A stretch of 64,000 nucleotides of DNA from the human T2T-CHM13v2.0 reference genome, Homo sapiens. Positions 35,078 to 48,585 of the stretch are shown here, piece after piece. The translations under genes were made by a program, and so were the position numbers. The notes under the pieces are model-generated. The model saw only the letters and a program-made list of their open reading frames with translations. It was not told where the DNA came from and did no database searches. The first letter of the stretch is position 1, and each line of letters starts with the position of its first letter. The stretch lies in NCBI RefSeq assembly GCF_009914755.1, contig NC_060929.1; one strand, given 5' to 3'.

Positions 35078-36946
35078 ATGTGTGGATTACAGTTTTCTCT
35101 GCCTTGCCTACGACTGTTTCTGGTTGTTACCTGTTATCTTTTATTATTACTCCACAAAGAAATACTTGGATGTTCGTCTGTTTGTCAGCTCTGCACTGGG
35201 AGACAAATTAACTGCCGTAACTTAGGCCTTTCGAGTATTCCTAAGAATTTTCCTGAAAGTACAGTTTTTCTGTATCTGACTGGGAATAATATATCTTATA
35301 TAAATGAAAGTGAATTAACAGGACTTCATTCTCTTGTAGCATTGTATTTGGATAATTCTAACATTCTGTATGTATATCCAAAAGCCTTTGTTCAATTGAG
35401 GCATCTATATTTTCTATTTCTAAATAATAATTTCATCAAACGCTTAGATCCTGGAATATTTAAGGGACTTTTAAATCTTCGTAATTTATATTTACAGTAT
35501 AATCAGGTATCTTTTGTTCCGAGAGGAGTATTTAATGATCTAGTTTCAGTTCAGTACTTAAATCTACAAAGGAATCGCCTCACTGTCCTTGGGAGTGGTA
35601 CCTTTGTTGGTATGGTTGCTCTTCGGATACTTGATTTATCAAACAATAACATTTTGAGGATATCAGAATCAGGCTTTCAACATCTTGAAAACCTTGCTTG
35701 TTTGTATTTAGGAAGTAATAATTTAACAAAAGTACCATCAAATGCCTTTGAAGTACTTAAAAGTCTTAGAAGACTTTCTTTGTCTCATAATCCTATTGAA
35801 GCAATACAGCCCTTTGCATTTAAAGGACTTGCCAATCTGGAATACCTCCTCCTGAAAAATTCAAGAATTAGGAATGTTACTAGGGATGGGTTTAGTGGAA
35901 TTAATAATCTTAAACATTTGATCTTAAGTCATAATGATTTAGAGAATTTAAATTCTGACACATTCAGTTTGTTAAAGAATTTAATTTACCTTAAGTTAGA
36001 TAGAAACAGAATAATTAGCATTGATAATGATACATTTGAAAATATGGGAGCATCTTTGAAGATCCTTAATCTGTCATTTAATAATCTTACAGCCTTGCAT
36101 CCAAGGGTCCTTAAGCCGTTGTCTTCATTGATTCATCTTCAGGCAAATTCTAATCCTTGGGAATGTAACTGCAAACTTTTGGGCCTTCGAGACTGGCTAG
36201 CATCTTCAGCCATTACTCTAAACATCTATTGTCAGAATCCCCCATCCATGCGTGGCAGAGCATTACGTTATATTAACATTACAAATTGTGTTACATCTTC
36301 AATAAATGTATCCAGAGCTTGGGCTGTTGTAAAATCTCCTCATATTCATCACAAGACTACTGCGCTAATGATGGCCTGGCATAAAGTAACCACAAATGGC
36401 AGTCCTCTGGAAAATACTGAGACTGAGAACATTACTTTCTGGGAACGAATTCCTACTTCACCTGCTGGTAGATTTTTTCAAGAGAATGCCTTTGGTAATC
36501 CATTAGAGACTACAGCAGTGTTACCTGTGCAAATACAACTTACTACTTCTGTTACCTTGAACTTGGAAAAAAACAGTGCTCTACCGAATGATGCTGCTTC
36601 AATGTCAGGGAAAACATCTCTAATTTGTACACAAGAAGTTGAGAAGTTGAATGAGGCTTTTGACATTTTGCTAGCTTTTTTCATCTTAGCTTGTGTTTTA
36701 ATCATTTTTTTGATCTACAAAGTTGTTCAGTTTAAACAAAAACTAAAGGCATCAGAAAACTCAAGGGAAAATAGACTTGAATACTACAGCTTTTATCAGT
36801 CAGCAAGGTATAATGTAACTGCCTCAATTTGTAACACTTCCCCAAATTCTCTAGAAAGTCCTGGCTTGGAGCAGATTCGACTTCATAAACAAATTGTTCC
36901 TGAAAATGAGGCACAGGTCATTCTTTTTGAACATTCTGCTTTATAA
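35078..36946 (+). CDS. LRRC70: Leucine-rich repeat-containing protein 70 (synleurin), type I membrane protein, 622 aa, single-exon CDS
   Basis: Signal peptide, LRRNT (CSSVCQLC..INC), about 12 LxxLxLxxN repeats, LRRCT (NPWECNC), Ser/Thr-rich stalk, TM ILLAFFILACVLIIFLIY and a short cytoplasmic tail. Known to be nested in IPO11. Confidence 0.97.
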   Translation: MCGLQFSLPCLRLFLVVTCYLLLLLHKEILGCSSVCQLCTGRQINCRNLGLSSIPKNFPESTVFLYLTGNNISYINESELTGLHSLVALYLDNSNILYVYPKAFVQLRHLYFLFLNNNFIKRLDPGIFKGLLNLRNLYLQYNQVSFVPRGVFNDLVSVQYLNLQRNRLTVLGSGTFVGMVALRILDLSNNNILRISESGFQHLENLACLYLGSNNLTKVPSNAFEVLKSLRRLSLSHNPIEAIQPFAFKGLANLEYLLLKNSRIRNVTRDGFSGINNLKHLILSHNDLENLNSDTFSLLKNLIYLKLDRNRIISIDNDTFENMGASLKILNLSFNNLTALHPRVLKPLSSLIHLQANSNPWECNCKLLGLRDWLASSAITLNIYCQNPPSMRGRALRYINITNCVTSSINVSRAWAVVKSPHIHHKTTALMMAWHKVTTNGSPLENTETENITFWERIPTSPAGRFFQENAFGNPLETTAVLPVQIQLTTSVTLNLEKNSALPNDAASMSGKTSLICTQEVEKLNEAFDILLAFFILACVLIIFLIYKVVQFKQKLKASENSRENRLEYYSFYQSARYNVTASICNTSPNSLESPGLEQIRLHKQIVPENEAQVILFEHSAL

Positions 36947-37064
36947 CTCAACTAAATATTGTCTATAAGAAACTTCAGTGCCATGGACATGATTTAAACT
37001 GAAACCTCCTTATATAATTATATACTTTAGTTGGAAATATAATGAATTATATGAGGTTAGCATT

Positions 37065-37070
37065 ATTAAA
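37065..37070 (+). terminator. Candidate LRRC70 polyadenylation signal (ATTAAA)
   Basis: First hexamer, about 120 nt after the stop, followed by T/GT-rich sequence. Confidence 0.55.
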
Positions 37071-37379
37071 ATATGTTTTTAATAATTTGTGAACAGTGTA
37101 TTCATTTAGCAAATATTTTCTTTGATATATACTGTATTAAGTAATAATAGCTAACATTTCTGTGTATCAAGCACTGTGCCAAATATTTCACATTTCACAT
37201 TTAATCTGTGAATAGTCTTGAAAGGTGGCACTATTTATACTTTACAGGTGAGGAAACTTAAAGTTTAAGTAACTATGCCAAATTCTCACAGCTTGTAACA
37301 CTTTTTGGGCCTCTCTGACTAGAGTTCATGCTTTCAGTTTTATACTATATTGCTGCTTTGGTTCTAGGATTGTGATATG

Positions 37380-38170
37380 AAAAAAATAGACGTGGTTCTT
37401 ATTCTAGGTAGAGCTTGAAATTTAGAGGAGGAGATATATGGTTACTGCACAGTGCGATGATAAGTACTGTACTTGGAGATGCTGTTGAGTATAACATTTG
37501 TGGAGGTGAGAGATGGCTTTATGAAGAAAGTGACATCAAAACTGGATCACGAAGAATAAATAGAAATTAGCCCAGTGAAGAGAGCTGAGTAACATCGTGT
37601 CAGAGGGGTTAACAGAAGAAAACCTGCTGCTTTTCAGGAACTAAAATTCAGTACAGCTGGTGTCGTGAATGATGGTGTGCGATTTAAAGCCCGAAAGAGA
37701 GATCAGGTGATGAAAGCTTTATAGTTACATGCTTTATCTTGAGGGCAACAGAGAGCCATTGAAGGATTTTTAAGCAGTAGAGTGAAATGATTAGATTTAC
37801 CCTTTAGAAATTTCCCTCTTTCTGGAAGGAACAATAAAACCGGAGCCAGAATTAGGTGAGTAGGAATCTGAATTGCTAATCCAGGGGAAAGATGCTAGAG
37901 GCCTGGGCCAGGATACTGGCAAAAAGGATGGATGGATCCAGAGGTACTTTGAAAGTAAAATGAACTGCCTTGGTGATTGGTTGAGGCGTGGCAGGGGAGG
38001 GAGAAGTCAAAGATGTTAGGTTTTTGGCTTAGGCAGTTTTGTGCTGTATTCACTAAGCTAGGGAAAGAAAAGGGGTGGGGCAAAATAATGAGTCAGTTTT
38101 AGACAGATTGAATCTGAGGTTCTTATTAGATCTCCACATGGAAATATATATCATGCAGAAATTCAGAAGC
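37380..38170 (-). mobile_element. L2 fragments
   Basis: GAGCCATTGAAGGATTTTTAAGCAG...TGATTAGATTTA and AATGAGTCAGTTTTAGACAGATTGAAT motifs. Confidence 0.65.
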
Positions 38171-39953
38171 GAGGTCTTATGGTAAAGGCCAATATTTCTT
38201 AAACTTTCATCTGTCCAGTACACTGGAAATGTATGATGCACCCTTTACAGTAACAATAACCATTTAAGCTGTGGTTTTGGGAGATAGGTAAGTGGGGAAG
38301 AATAAGACCTTGTAGAAGTTGAGAGAGTCCCTAGGAGATATTAGTGCCCTTGATTAAGAATCTTTAATATAGATGGTAATTGAAGTCATAGAAGTAATAT
38401 AATGGTTTTCTTTATTAGCAAAAATTTGTACTTGCAGAATATTTGTACTGCAGAATATTAGGGATTATAGTAAGTGCCTATGCTTGTTGGTTAGTTAATA
38501 GTGACCTGAACCACAAATATGTATTTAAAATTTTTTCTTAATATATTTGAGAGAAAATCAGAAAGGAGCTGAAAAGTAATTTTAAGATATATTAGAAATT
38601 GCATAAATAAAGCCCCACCAACCCCAAAGGGTTTTCAAACAATGGTTTGCTTTTCCCTGCTTAGCTGAATGCCTTTTTGGGGATTATAATTTCAGCAGAA
38701 AATGTGAATATATTTAAATAAACATTATTTTTCCTAAGTAATTTGTTTTGTTATGGAAGAGCAATCTTTTTGTTCACCTTGAGAGACATTTTTAATAATG
38801 TATTTTTTTCTTTGTTGTATCCTCCCAACTCCTACAAATCCAATTATGTTTTTTCTTTAATTACTAAAAGTACTTGTTCATTGGGAAAAAATTTAAACAG
38901 TGCAGAAATACATAAGGTAGGCTGAAAACTTCTCCATGCCTCCCTTCCTTACCACCTAAACCGTACCCTCTTAAAGATGTTCACAAGCAACACAGCTGGC
39001 TATGTGAAGTTCAGGAAAATTTATATAACAAAGTATTTTTATCTTAAAATTCCTAAATTCAAAAAAGGCAGTTCAGAAAATCTATCAAAATTTTTGCTTT
39101 TTGAAAGTATAGCTTCTAATTGATTTAGACTCAACTAGAAAACCAATTATATTAATATCAATTTATATATGGAGCCATAGTTCTATACAGTGGTATTCAT
39201 TAAATGTTCATTTCAGTCTTTGTCAGCTATTTCCTTTTAAAAAATTTTTCTTTTTTTACTAATCAAAAGAGAGCTGGAGTAAGTAGCTACCCCCTTGAAA
39301 AATGTTAGCCAGCTCATATTTCACCGTTGTTTGGTAGTTGTACAGTTAAAAAACTTATTTAAGGTATAATTGAAGTGTTACAGGCATAATAATTTTCTTG
39401 GGTACAATTTCTGTATTTCATTGTTTCACATTTTGAGCAGCCCTAAGTTAAAACTAAATGATATTCTAAATTAATATAGCTAAGGAAGCTCACCTTTCTT
39501 AAGATTTCTGTATTTCTCTACCATTTACTACAGGTTCTTATCTCTACCATTTATTAAAAGTTCTTGATTAGAGCACCCAAAAATAGGCTCTAATTTAATG
39601 TGACTGTGTCTGAGGAAGAATAGAATCCATTTTTTCCATTGAGTATTACAAATTGTAATTAAAGTTGCAGGGCATATCGAAAGTAATTTGTTTTCCCCTC
39701 ATAACAAATGACCAATATTAGAAATCAATAGTATTTATTTATAAACTATAAATTAAAAGCATATAACTTTTAAATTTATAATTCCAATGTGGAATTTTAA
39801 AAACATATCTCTTATTTCTGGGATGTAAAACTGAGAACTTACTCTCAACCTCTTCCTGTCAGTGGAGTAGATACGTTTGGTGTCAAGCTATTGATGAGGG
39901 CTTCAGTGGTGATGGGACAGAGACTTCAATAGTAGTGATCAGGAGATAGGAGA

Positions 39954-40293
<340 letters not shown>

Positions 40294-41099
40294 TCACAGC
40301 AATAGTAACAAGGTAATAGGCATTTTTTTTTTCTATACTAGTGCTGTACTGTCTGAAGCATAGCTTTTTTTGTTTTGTTTTTTGTTTTTGTTTTTTTTTT
40401 TTAAGTGCCCACTACCACTGGTCATCACTTTGCTGAAGCTGATAAGCTTGTGTGGCCGCACACTTTTAATGTGGGAAGCCTGGTAGGTTAAAAGAGAAAT
40501 GTTGGAGAAAGCAGTATGAGAGAGAAGAATGTATAGTACACCTGCTGCTGGCCCAGATGTGCCTTGTTTCATTGCTTCTGACTCAATTCCAAGATACCTT
40601 GTGATAGAGGACATTTTAATTTAGTAGAAGGTAGTTTTCTTATCCTGAATAATGTGGAGACCTTACGTATATATGTTGTCTTCCTGTTTTCTTTGGTCTC
40701 CATTTCTTCCATGTCTGTGGAGTTTTCGGTACATGCACATAAACCCTAGCCTGTTGTTAGTATGTATCTTTGGCTTTGGGCAACCTTATTGCTTTTTTCC
40801 ATATATTTTCTATGATACACAACTTAATACATAAGTTGGTATTTTTGTCTGAGACTCTGAGGAGCAAACGTTTTTATGTTGTAGTGCAGTTTCCTCAAGC
40901 TTTGGCTTTCAAAACTCCCTTATCCTCAGTTACCTGCTTCTCATCTATGAAAGCATCCTTTAACACCATTGTCTAGAATCAGGACCATACCTGCAGTGTT
41001 GTTGTTGTATTTGTAGTCTTATTATAAATGCTACTGACCAGGTAAATCCAGGCCATACAATTCCTAGCAGATGGAAAGCCCCCTGTGAAAGCCCGGAAA

Positions 41100-41780
41100 C
41101 TAGAAAGTGTTAATCAAAGATAGCCTGTGAAGGTGGAGAACAATGTGAGGCTAGGTAAGGTCAGAGAGCTGGGCAGGAACCAGGTCATATATAGGGCTGA
41201 GTAAACTAGGATTAAGGGTTTGGATTTTTAAGTGTAATGGAAAGTTACTGAAAGGTATAAACTTTTGCTTTAAAGCAAGGAAAAGATACTAGATTTTGTA
41301 AAAGCCTTCTAGTGTGCCGTATAGAGAACAGATTAGAGGAAGTCAGGAGTGGAAGTTTCCTTGTTTTGGAAAGGTAGGCAGTAGTTTAAACTCAAGACAA
41401 AATTGGCTTGTTGCACAGTGTTAATAGTAGGAATATAGAGGAGTAGAAACAAGGAAAAATTTCAGAGATAAATTTGACAGAATTTGTTGATGAATTGAGT
41501 AAATGGAAGGGTAAATGAGAAGGAAGGTCAAAACTGAATTCCTGGTTTCTAGCATGAGTCACTGGGTTGATAGAGATGCTTTTTACTCAGATAAGGAAAA
41601 CAGGAAGAGAACCTGGTTTTGATTCTCTGTTTTTGGTTTCCTTGTTTTTGTTGGGGAGGCACTCATAAGTTTGGTGTTGGATCTCTTAATTTTGAGATGA
41701 TTGTGAGAGTGCCAAGAGTGAATGAGAAAGATGCCAGTGTACTTAGGGTTACAGAGCTTAGAGAAAGGTCATTGAGCATA
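41100..41780 (-). mobile_element. L2 fragments
   Basis: Purine-rich diverged L2 motifs (GTGTAATGGAAAGTTACTGAAAGGT; TTGACAGAATTTGTTGATGAATTG). Confidence 0.55.
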
Positions 41781-42168
41781 AAGTTTTTTGGTCAACTGTA
41801 ATACATTATTATTAGAAAGCTGTAACAAAACAGTAAACGTGTTTATATGAAGTTGTTAGTTTAATTACACATATGTATTTTTAAATGTGAAATTTTGCTT
41901 TAGAAATATTTTTTCTTTTATTCATGATACAATGTTATTCAAATGCTTCTTGCAAACTTTGACATTGGTGTCTTCATCATTATCAGTCAAAATTCCCTTT
42001 GATCATGTAACACTGTTTTCCAGAGTATTTTATCTTCATTTTGATCTGAGCTGTGTGGCATACAAGACTTTTCCAGGAATTTAATCCCAAGCTACAATTA
42101 CCTTTTCAAATAACTTTGGTAACATGAACAGAGTTGGCCTTTTTGATTTGTTCTTAAAATATATCTTC

Positions 42169-42392
42169 ATCACCTGAGGTCGGGAGTTCGAGACCAGCCT
42201 GACGGACATGAAGAAACCCCATCTCTACTAAAAATACAGAATTAGCTGAGCATGGTGGCACATGCGTGTATTCCCAGCTACTCAGGAGGCTGAGGCAGGA
42301 GAATCATTTGAACCCAGGAGGTGGAGATTGTGGTGAGCTGAGATCACGCCATTGCACCCCAGCCTGGGCAACAAGAGCAAAACTCAGTCTCC

Positions 42393-42446
<54 letters not shown>
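42169..42446 (+). mobile_element. 5'-truncated AluS with an A tail extended by (TA)n
   Basis: Starts ATCACCTGAGGTCGGGAG; A run then about 20 TA units at 42407-42445. Confidence 0.93.
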
Positions 42447-42449
<3 letters not shown>

Positions 42450-43871
42450 TGATTACCTTGTAATTATGTATAGCTTTATTTTCATCAGTTTCCGATATCT
42501 ACAATGGTGCTAGCTCCATAATTACCAATTCTCTGATAAATTCCTTTTATCACTTGAAAAAAATAATTCTGTCAAGTGACTTTTTAAGTAACTATTCAAA
42601 CCAAGTGTTTTTATTCAGCTGAATTTTTTTTTTTTCCAGACAGTTCTGTACCAGCCCTTAATCATCTCCTTTTCATGGAAGCTTAGTATGTCTTCATTGG
42701 GCATTGTTTTTTATAGCAAAATCACACAGGATGGCAGTTTCTTCTCATGCCATGACATATAGATCCTTTTAGTTATTCCTTGTAGTCTTGAAGATAATGG
42801 TTTTGTTGGAGGAGGGCGACACTGCTGTGTGTGTGTGTGCACTCAAAAAATGAAAAGACAGGTAAGCAGGGGAATGGTTTAGTAGATAAAAGCCTTTGTA
42901 AGGATCATTATTGAATGCAAAAAAAATTCAACTTTCACTTTAAGATAGTGAATTTCCACTATGGTTTTTTAGCTTATTTTCTTGCCAGTATTTTTCAGGG
43001 GAGCTAGATTTATTAATATACTTTTCCATGACCATGCAGAATTACTGTGTAGAAAGGATGTATGTTTCCATTTAAACGACAAAAGTATTTGCAGGCTGTA
43101 TCCTGGAAAATATCTATAGGGGAAAACTTTTTTTTTTTAACTAGGTAATGGGTTTATTACATTTTTAAGTGAATAAGTATTTTTAAAGTATTTTCCCAGT
43201 TTTCTAATATAAAAAATATTGAGTTATAATACATTCTTTAAAAAGTTCTTTGGTATCTTTAACAATTTTTAAGAATGTAAAAGGATACTGACATGAAAAA
43301 GTTTAAGAGATTTAGAGACTGTTAACCCCCTCATTGTTCAAATGAGAAATGGTGATGATGCTGACATTTAAGTAGTGCTCTGGTACATGTGGCAGGCCTT
43401 GTTATAAGCACTTTCCTTGTGGATACTATTATGCCTCCATGTTACTGATAAGGCAAGTGAGGCACAGAGAGGTTAAATTGACTTGCCCAAGGCCGTGTAG
43501 CTAGTCACTGGTGGAGCGACAATTTGAGGCCCTGATGCTGACCACAGTTTCAGCCACTTTCATGAGGTCTGGGAGGGATCAGAAGGCCTCTGCCATCTGG
43601 TTACTTCACCAGCTCTGTGTGTTCTCTAGCAATTTCACAATCACTATGCAGGAGTCACTGAGGCCTCGAATCTGCTTTGCAGTCTTCATCCCAAATTCTG
43701 CCACCCTGAATGTTTTCAAGCATGGCCTTACAGTTGGACTTGATGTTTTTCAAATCTGTATGCACTTCCACTTCAACCACACATTCCTCCCTTGTGATCA
43801 TGCTCAAAACTCTAATATCCTGTCTTATTATAACTTCACATTTTCCAGTTTTCTTACTCTCTACCACTAAA

Positions 43872-44175
43872 CTTTTTTTTTTTTTTAATGTACAGTGTCT
43901 TGCTTTGTCACCCATGCTGGAGTGTAGTGGTGCCATCATGGTTCACTGCAGCCTTGAACTCCTGGCCTCAAGCGATCATCTTTATATCTCAGCTGGGACT
44001 GAGTAGCTGGGACTACAGGCGTGCACCACTGCCCCCAGCTAATTTTCTTCTTTTTTGTAGAGACAAGGGTCTCACTTTGTTGCCTAGGCTAGTCTTGAAC
44101 TCCTGGCTTTAAGTGACTCTTCCACCTCAGCCTCCCGAAGTGCTGGAATTATAGGCGTGAGCCGCCATGCCTGGC
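43872..44175 (-). mobile_element. AluJ within an old L2-like region (about 43560-45250)
   Basis: Antisense Alu with TAAACTTT on both flanks; surrounding pyrimidine-rich sequence resembles L2. Confidence 0.85.
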
Positions 44176-46559
44176 ATAAACTTTGATGTTTGCACTTGGT
44201 GTTATGGGGTTTTCTTTCGTTTGTTTTTTCCACTTTTAACCCCATTCTCTACCTGACCCAACAGATGCCCTGTGGTCAACTCAGACTTCTCATTCATACC
44301 CTCAGCTCTTTAAACCCCGCATCCTCAAACTCTACCAGCTTTGCAAGCTTCCAAGCCTGAATTGCCTGACTCAATTTCTCCATATGTATATCTGCTTAGG
44401 GTGTAAAATATAGCAACTAAAAATGATAGAAGTGTACAGATCGGGGCTGTTACAAATCTAGGGCATTCAACTGCAGTTGGACCTCACTGCCATTGAGCAA
44501 TCTTTTTGTCTTTGGTCAAGGCCCTCTATTACAAACATTGACCACTTGGCTCCAACTGCTTACTCACCCACGTGCCTAATACATAACCTCACCTTCTAAT
44601 TCACAGAGGGAGGAAAATTCAAAATGCAGGAACTTCTGCTTCCCACTGTGTGCCTCCAAGGGAGTGTGTACATCTGTGTCCTGCTGCCTCATGTACGAAG
44701 ATATCCTTGTGTTTAGCCCTGCCTCTGTTATGATCCCACTTCATCCCATCTCTGGGATCCTGCTCCTTCAGCCACCCCTTTGGCACCTGTACTTTCAGCT
44801 GTTCAGCCTCTACTGGTCCATTTCCCTCAGCCAAAAAACACCCCTTCAACCCTGCACTCCCTCTAGTTATTACCCTATTGTTTCCCTCCCTGGACAAGCT
44901 TCTTGAAAGAATTGTCACTCCCCTTCCTCAGCTTAGAACCTGATTTATCTGATTACTTGACTTTTGGTGATGTTGGTCACCCTCTCATCTTCTGGGATAC
45001 CACTTTCATCATCTTCCTTCTTATGTCTTTGCTCTCTTTGTATCCCCTATTGGATTGAGCCGAAGTCACCAACCTAGTCAAGTCACCCACCCAAGATGAA
45101 ACCCAACAGTCATCCTAGACTCTTTCCTCCCATTTATCTTTCATAGCCAAATTAGTTGCCAAATCCTGTGATGCTTACCCATTAAACATCTGTCAAACCT
45201 ACCCCTTTCTCTTTATTCCCATGTCCACCAAACCATTTCAGGCTGCTACCATCTCTTCTGATGTGGAGTGATCTTGGCTCCTCACCAACAATCATACTCC
45301 CTTATGTGGTTCTTTTTACTGCCCTGGGCAATAATGATGCTGAAGGGCCCCCTAGAGGAGAAGTCTGTGCCAGAGAACAAGAGTGACCAGAAGAGGGGGA
45401 GACCAATGGTGTCCACCCAGCAGAGATATCTCATGAGATAGACTGAAGTGTGGCCCCTAGATTCAAAAATTGATGTCATCTGTCCATGGAGTAGTAGGGT
45501 CAAAAGCTGCATTGCGGTAGGCTGACGGGAGTCCTGGGAAGCCTAGAAACTGAGAGTAGCTAGAGATGACTTCTTCCAAAAGATGAGCTGTGGGCTCAGT
45601 GGAAGCCCTCTGAAAGCAGTTTCTCAGCACAGTAAGGTCGAAGTCGTCTCCAGTCAAGCCTGGAGCACTGCCTTCTGGGTTTGGTCAGTATAAAGTTCTG
45701 GATTTCAGTCTTGGCTTTAGCCGCTAGCAGCTGTGGGGACACTCCACCATCTCAGTCTTTATTACTTGCCAATTGTAGCAGCTTTCAGCTAAGTTTGTTC
45801 CTTGCTCAGGGGCTGTTCCAGTTGTCAGCTCTTCCTCCTCTGGTAGGGAAAGTGGAAAACTATTTTTTTTTAATGTTACCACTGTTACAGTCTCTACTGT
45901 TGTAGAAATTCTGGATTAAAACTAATAAATCAGGGCTTGTTTCTTCCTTTGGCTATTTCAATAAATTGTTGTTCTTTACTTAACCCTGTTGGATGATATA
46001 AGCAGATAAATACAGTTAAGGGAATATTTTATTTGGTTGTGGGTTTTAGTGCCTAAAAACTTGTTTAGTCTCTTAAATTACCCTAACTTGACCTACTTCC
46101 TGTATTTAAAATGTAATAATGCAAGAATGACTTTAAATATTAATTAGGTACCATGTATAAATAGCGTAATTATGGTCTGGTTGGATCTGAGAAAATTCTA
46201 AGGTGATTAAGGTTGTGATTCATTTCTGTCTTGGGATTGCTATTATTAAAAAGTGTTGCATCATTAATTTTAGCTTAGATAACTATTTTGAAAAGTTAAT
46301 TGAAAATTTTGTCTGTGTTACTGCCTGCCTGTTTTCCTTCTTGGACGTTATAAAAGTCTGTAAAGTCTGCACTTTTATAGATTTACCTCCTTAATGTATA
46401 AAAATTTAAAAAACACTAAATTTTTTAAAATTTCATTGCAATTTAATTTGAATTTCCCTAATGCCTAATGATTTTGAGCATCCTTTTAGGATGCTCACAT
46501 GCCATCTGTGTATCTTCTTTGGTGAAATGTCTGTTCATGTTTTTGCCTTTTTAAAAAAA

Positions 46560-46738
46560 AATGTTTTTGTTCTGTTTCTTTTAAGAGACAGGTCTCTCTG
46601 TGTTGTCCAGGCTGGAGAGCAGTGGCTGTTCCCAAGTGTGATCATATTGCACTGCAGTCTTGAACTCCTGGCCTCAAGAGATTCTCCTGCCACAGCCTCC
46701 CAAGTAGCTAGGACTATAGGCTTGCACCACTGCACCTG
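46560..46738 (-). mobile_element. FAM/FRAM-like Alu monomer inside an L1M fragment (about 46430-46910)
   Basis: CAGTGGCTGTTCCCAAGTGTGATCATATTGCACTGCAG monomer motif; L1M-like text on both sides. Confidence 0.75.
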
Positions 46739-47220
46739 ATGCCTATTTTAAATTGAAATTATTTTTCATCTTATTGTGTTTTCAGAGTTCTTTTTACATC
46801 CTAGATTCAAGTCCATTACCAGATACTTGTTTTACAAATATTTTCTTCCAGAATTTGGCATGTCTTTTTTCTTCACAGTGTCATTAGAAGAGCAGAAATT
46901 TTTACTTGTCAATACTCTATGTCTTTATCTTTGTAGTTATATAAGTAACATAAGACTGTTATAAATCTAAGAATATTAAAATATTCCTTTACTATCGAAT
47001 CTATCCATCTAGTATTTAAACATACTAATTAGTGAAAAAGAATTTTGTGATGTTATAGGCAAAGATAAACTTTTTGTTATAAGAAATAGATTTTGAAAGT
47101 TTCTTTTGTATTTCACAGCTGAAATTTCTCTTCATGTTCGAGAAGATGTTTAGGAAAAAAAAAACAAAAAGAATTAATCTAGTATTCCAGTTAACCTGTT
47201 TTGCTTTTCTTTTATTCTAG

Positions 47221-47316
47221 TGTTATCCAAGATAAATTCTGTGGGATTATAAACATTTCAGTAGAAGGCCTGCATGATGTCATGACGGAAGATCCTGAAA
47301 CAGGAACTTATAAAGA
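47221..47316 (+). CDS. IPO11: Importin-11 coding exon (probably exon 28): (S)VIQDKFCGIINISVEGLHDVMTEDPETGTYK(D)
   Basis: Acceptor ttttcttttattctag| and donor GA|gtaggt; 96 nt, phase 2-2; in frame with both neighbours. Confidence 0.94.
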
Positions 47317-47493
47317 GTAGGTGCATTATTTAATTAATCATAATTGGACTTGGGGGATAATTAAATACATGCTGCATGATTTTTTTCACCATCACTCTAT
47401 AAGCACAGTATGAAAGTTTTATAATTTCTCTTTTATACAGAAACGTTTTTGTTATTTTGCTTGTAATATTTATTGTTTGATCTTGGTATCACC

Positions 47494-47792
47494 TTATTTA
47501 TTTATTTATTGAGACGGAGTTTCACTCTTGTGGTCCAAGATGGAGTGCAGTGGTGCGATCTCAGCTAACCGCAACCTCCGCCTCCCAGGTTCAAGTGATT
47601 CTCTTGCCTTAGCTTCCCGAGTAGCTGAGATTACAGGCATGCACCACCACACCTGGCTACTTTTTGTATTTTTAGTAGAGACGGGGTTTCTCCATGTTGG
47701 TCAGGGTGGTCTTGAACTCCCGACCTCAAGTGATCTGCCTGCCTCTGCCTCCCAAAGTGCTGGGATTACAGGCATGAGCCACCATGCCCGGC
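47494..47792 (-). mobile_element. AluSp-like
   Basis: Full antisense Alu; TGGTATCA on both flanks. Confidence 0.93.
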
Positions 47793-48211
47793 TGGTATCA
47801 GCTTTATTATGTTACAGCGACAACCTGAATTGAGCTGCTTTGATTTACTCATTGTTTGATGATTAAGTTTTTAAAATTTCAAATATATTTTAGTCTATAA
47901 GTCTTTTTCCTAGTATGTTCTGAGCATGCTCTTTTTTTTTCAGTTTTGCTGTTTATAAAGCCATCTCTAGCAAATGGGAAAGATTGTCACTTGAATCATA
48001 TTTTGTTGAAAAATATGGATAGCAGATATATGTTGTTGAATCTTATTAAACATATTAACATAATGTGTCTGATATGTCACTTAGCTTTTGAGAAAACTGG
48101 AGTTTGTATGAAGTGGAAACATCAAATTTTTTGAGACTACAAACCAAAAACAAGAAAGCATTCAATGTAGGCAGGTTTTTTTCTTTTTAAGTTAATGTAA
48201 GGGTTTATGGC

Positions 48212-48585
48212 TGTATTAGTCCATTCTCACGCTGCTATAAAGAACTGCCTGAGACTGGGTAATTTATAAAGGAAAGAGGTTTAATTTAACTCACAGTTTC
48301 GCAGGGCTGGGGAGGCCTCAGGAAACCTACTGTCATGGCAGAAGGGGAAGCAAACATGTCCTTTTTCACGTGGCGGCAGGAAGGAGAAGTGCTGTGCAAA
48401 AGGGGAAAAACCCCTTATGAAACCATCTGATCTCGTGGGAGCTCACTCACAAGCACGAGAACAGCATGAGGGTAATCGCCCCCATGATTCAGTTACCTCC
48501 AGCTGGGTCCCTCCCATGACACATGGGGATTATGGGAATTCAATTCAAGATGAGATTTGGGTGGGGACACAGCCAAAAGATATCA
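48212..48585 (-). mobile_element. THE1 (C/D-like) MaLR solo LTR
   Basis: TG...CA termini, GAGATTTGGGTGGGGACACAGCCAAA end, and perfect 5-bp TSD ATGGC (48207-48211; 48586-48590). Confidence 0.95.

Noticed and set aside
38425-39566. Small tandem duplications (ATTTGTACT(T)GCAGAAT near 38425; 26-bp unit at 39515-39566)
   Set aside because: Two-copy slippage products, common in AT-rich introns.
45250-45905. GC-richer LTR-like segment
   Set aside because: I could not assign a family, termini or TSD with confidence.
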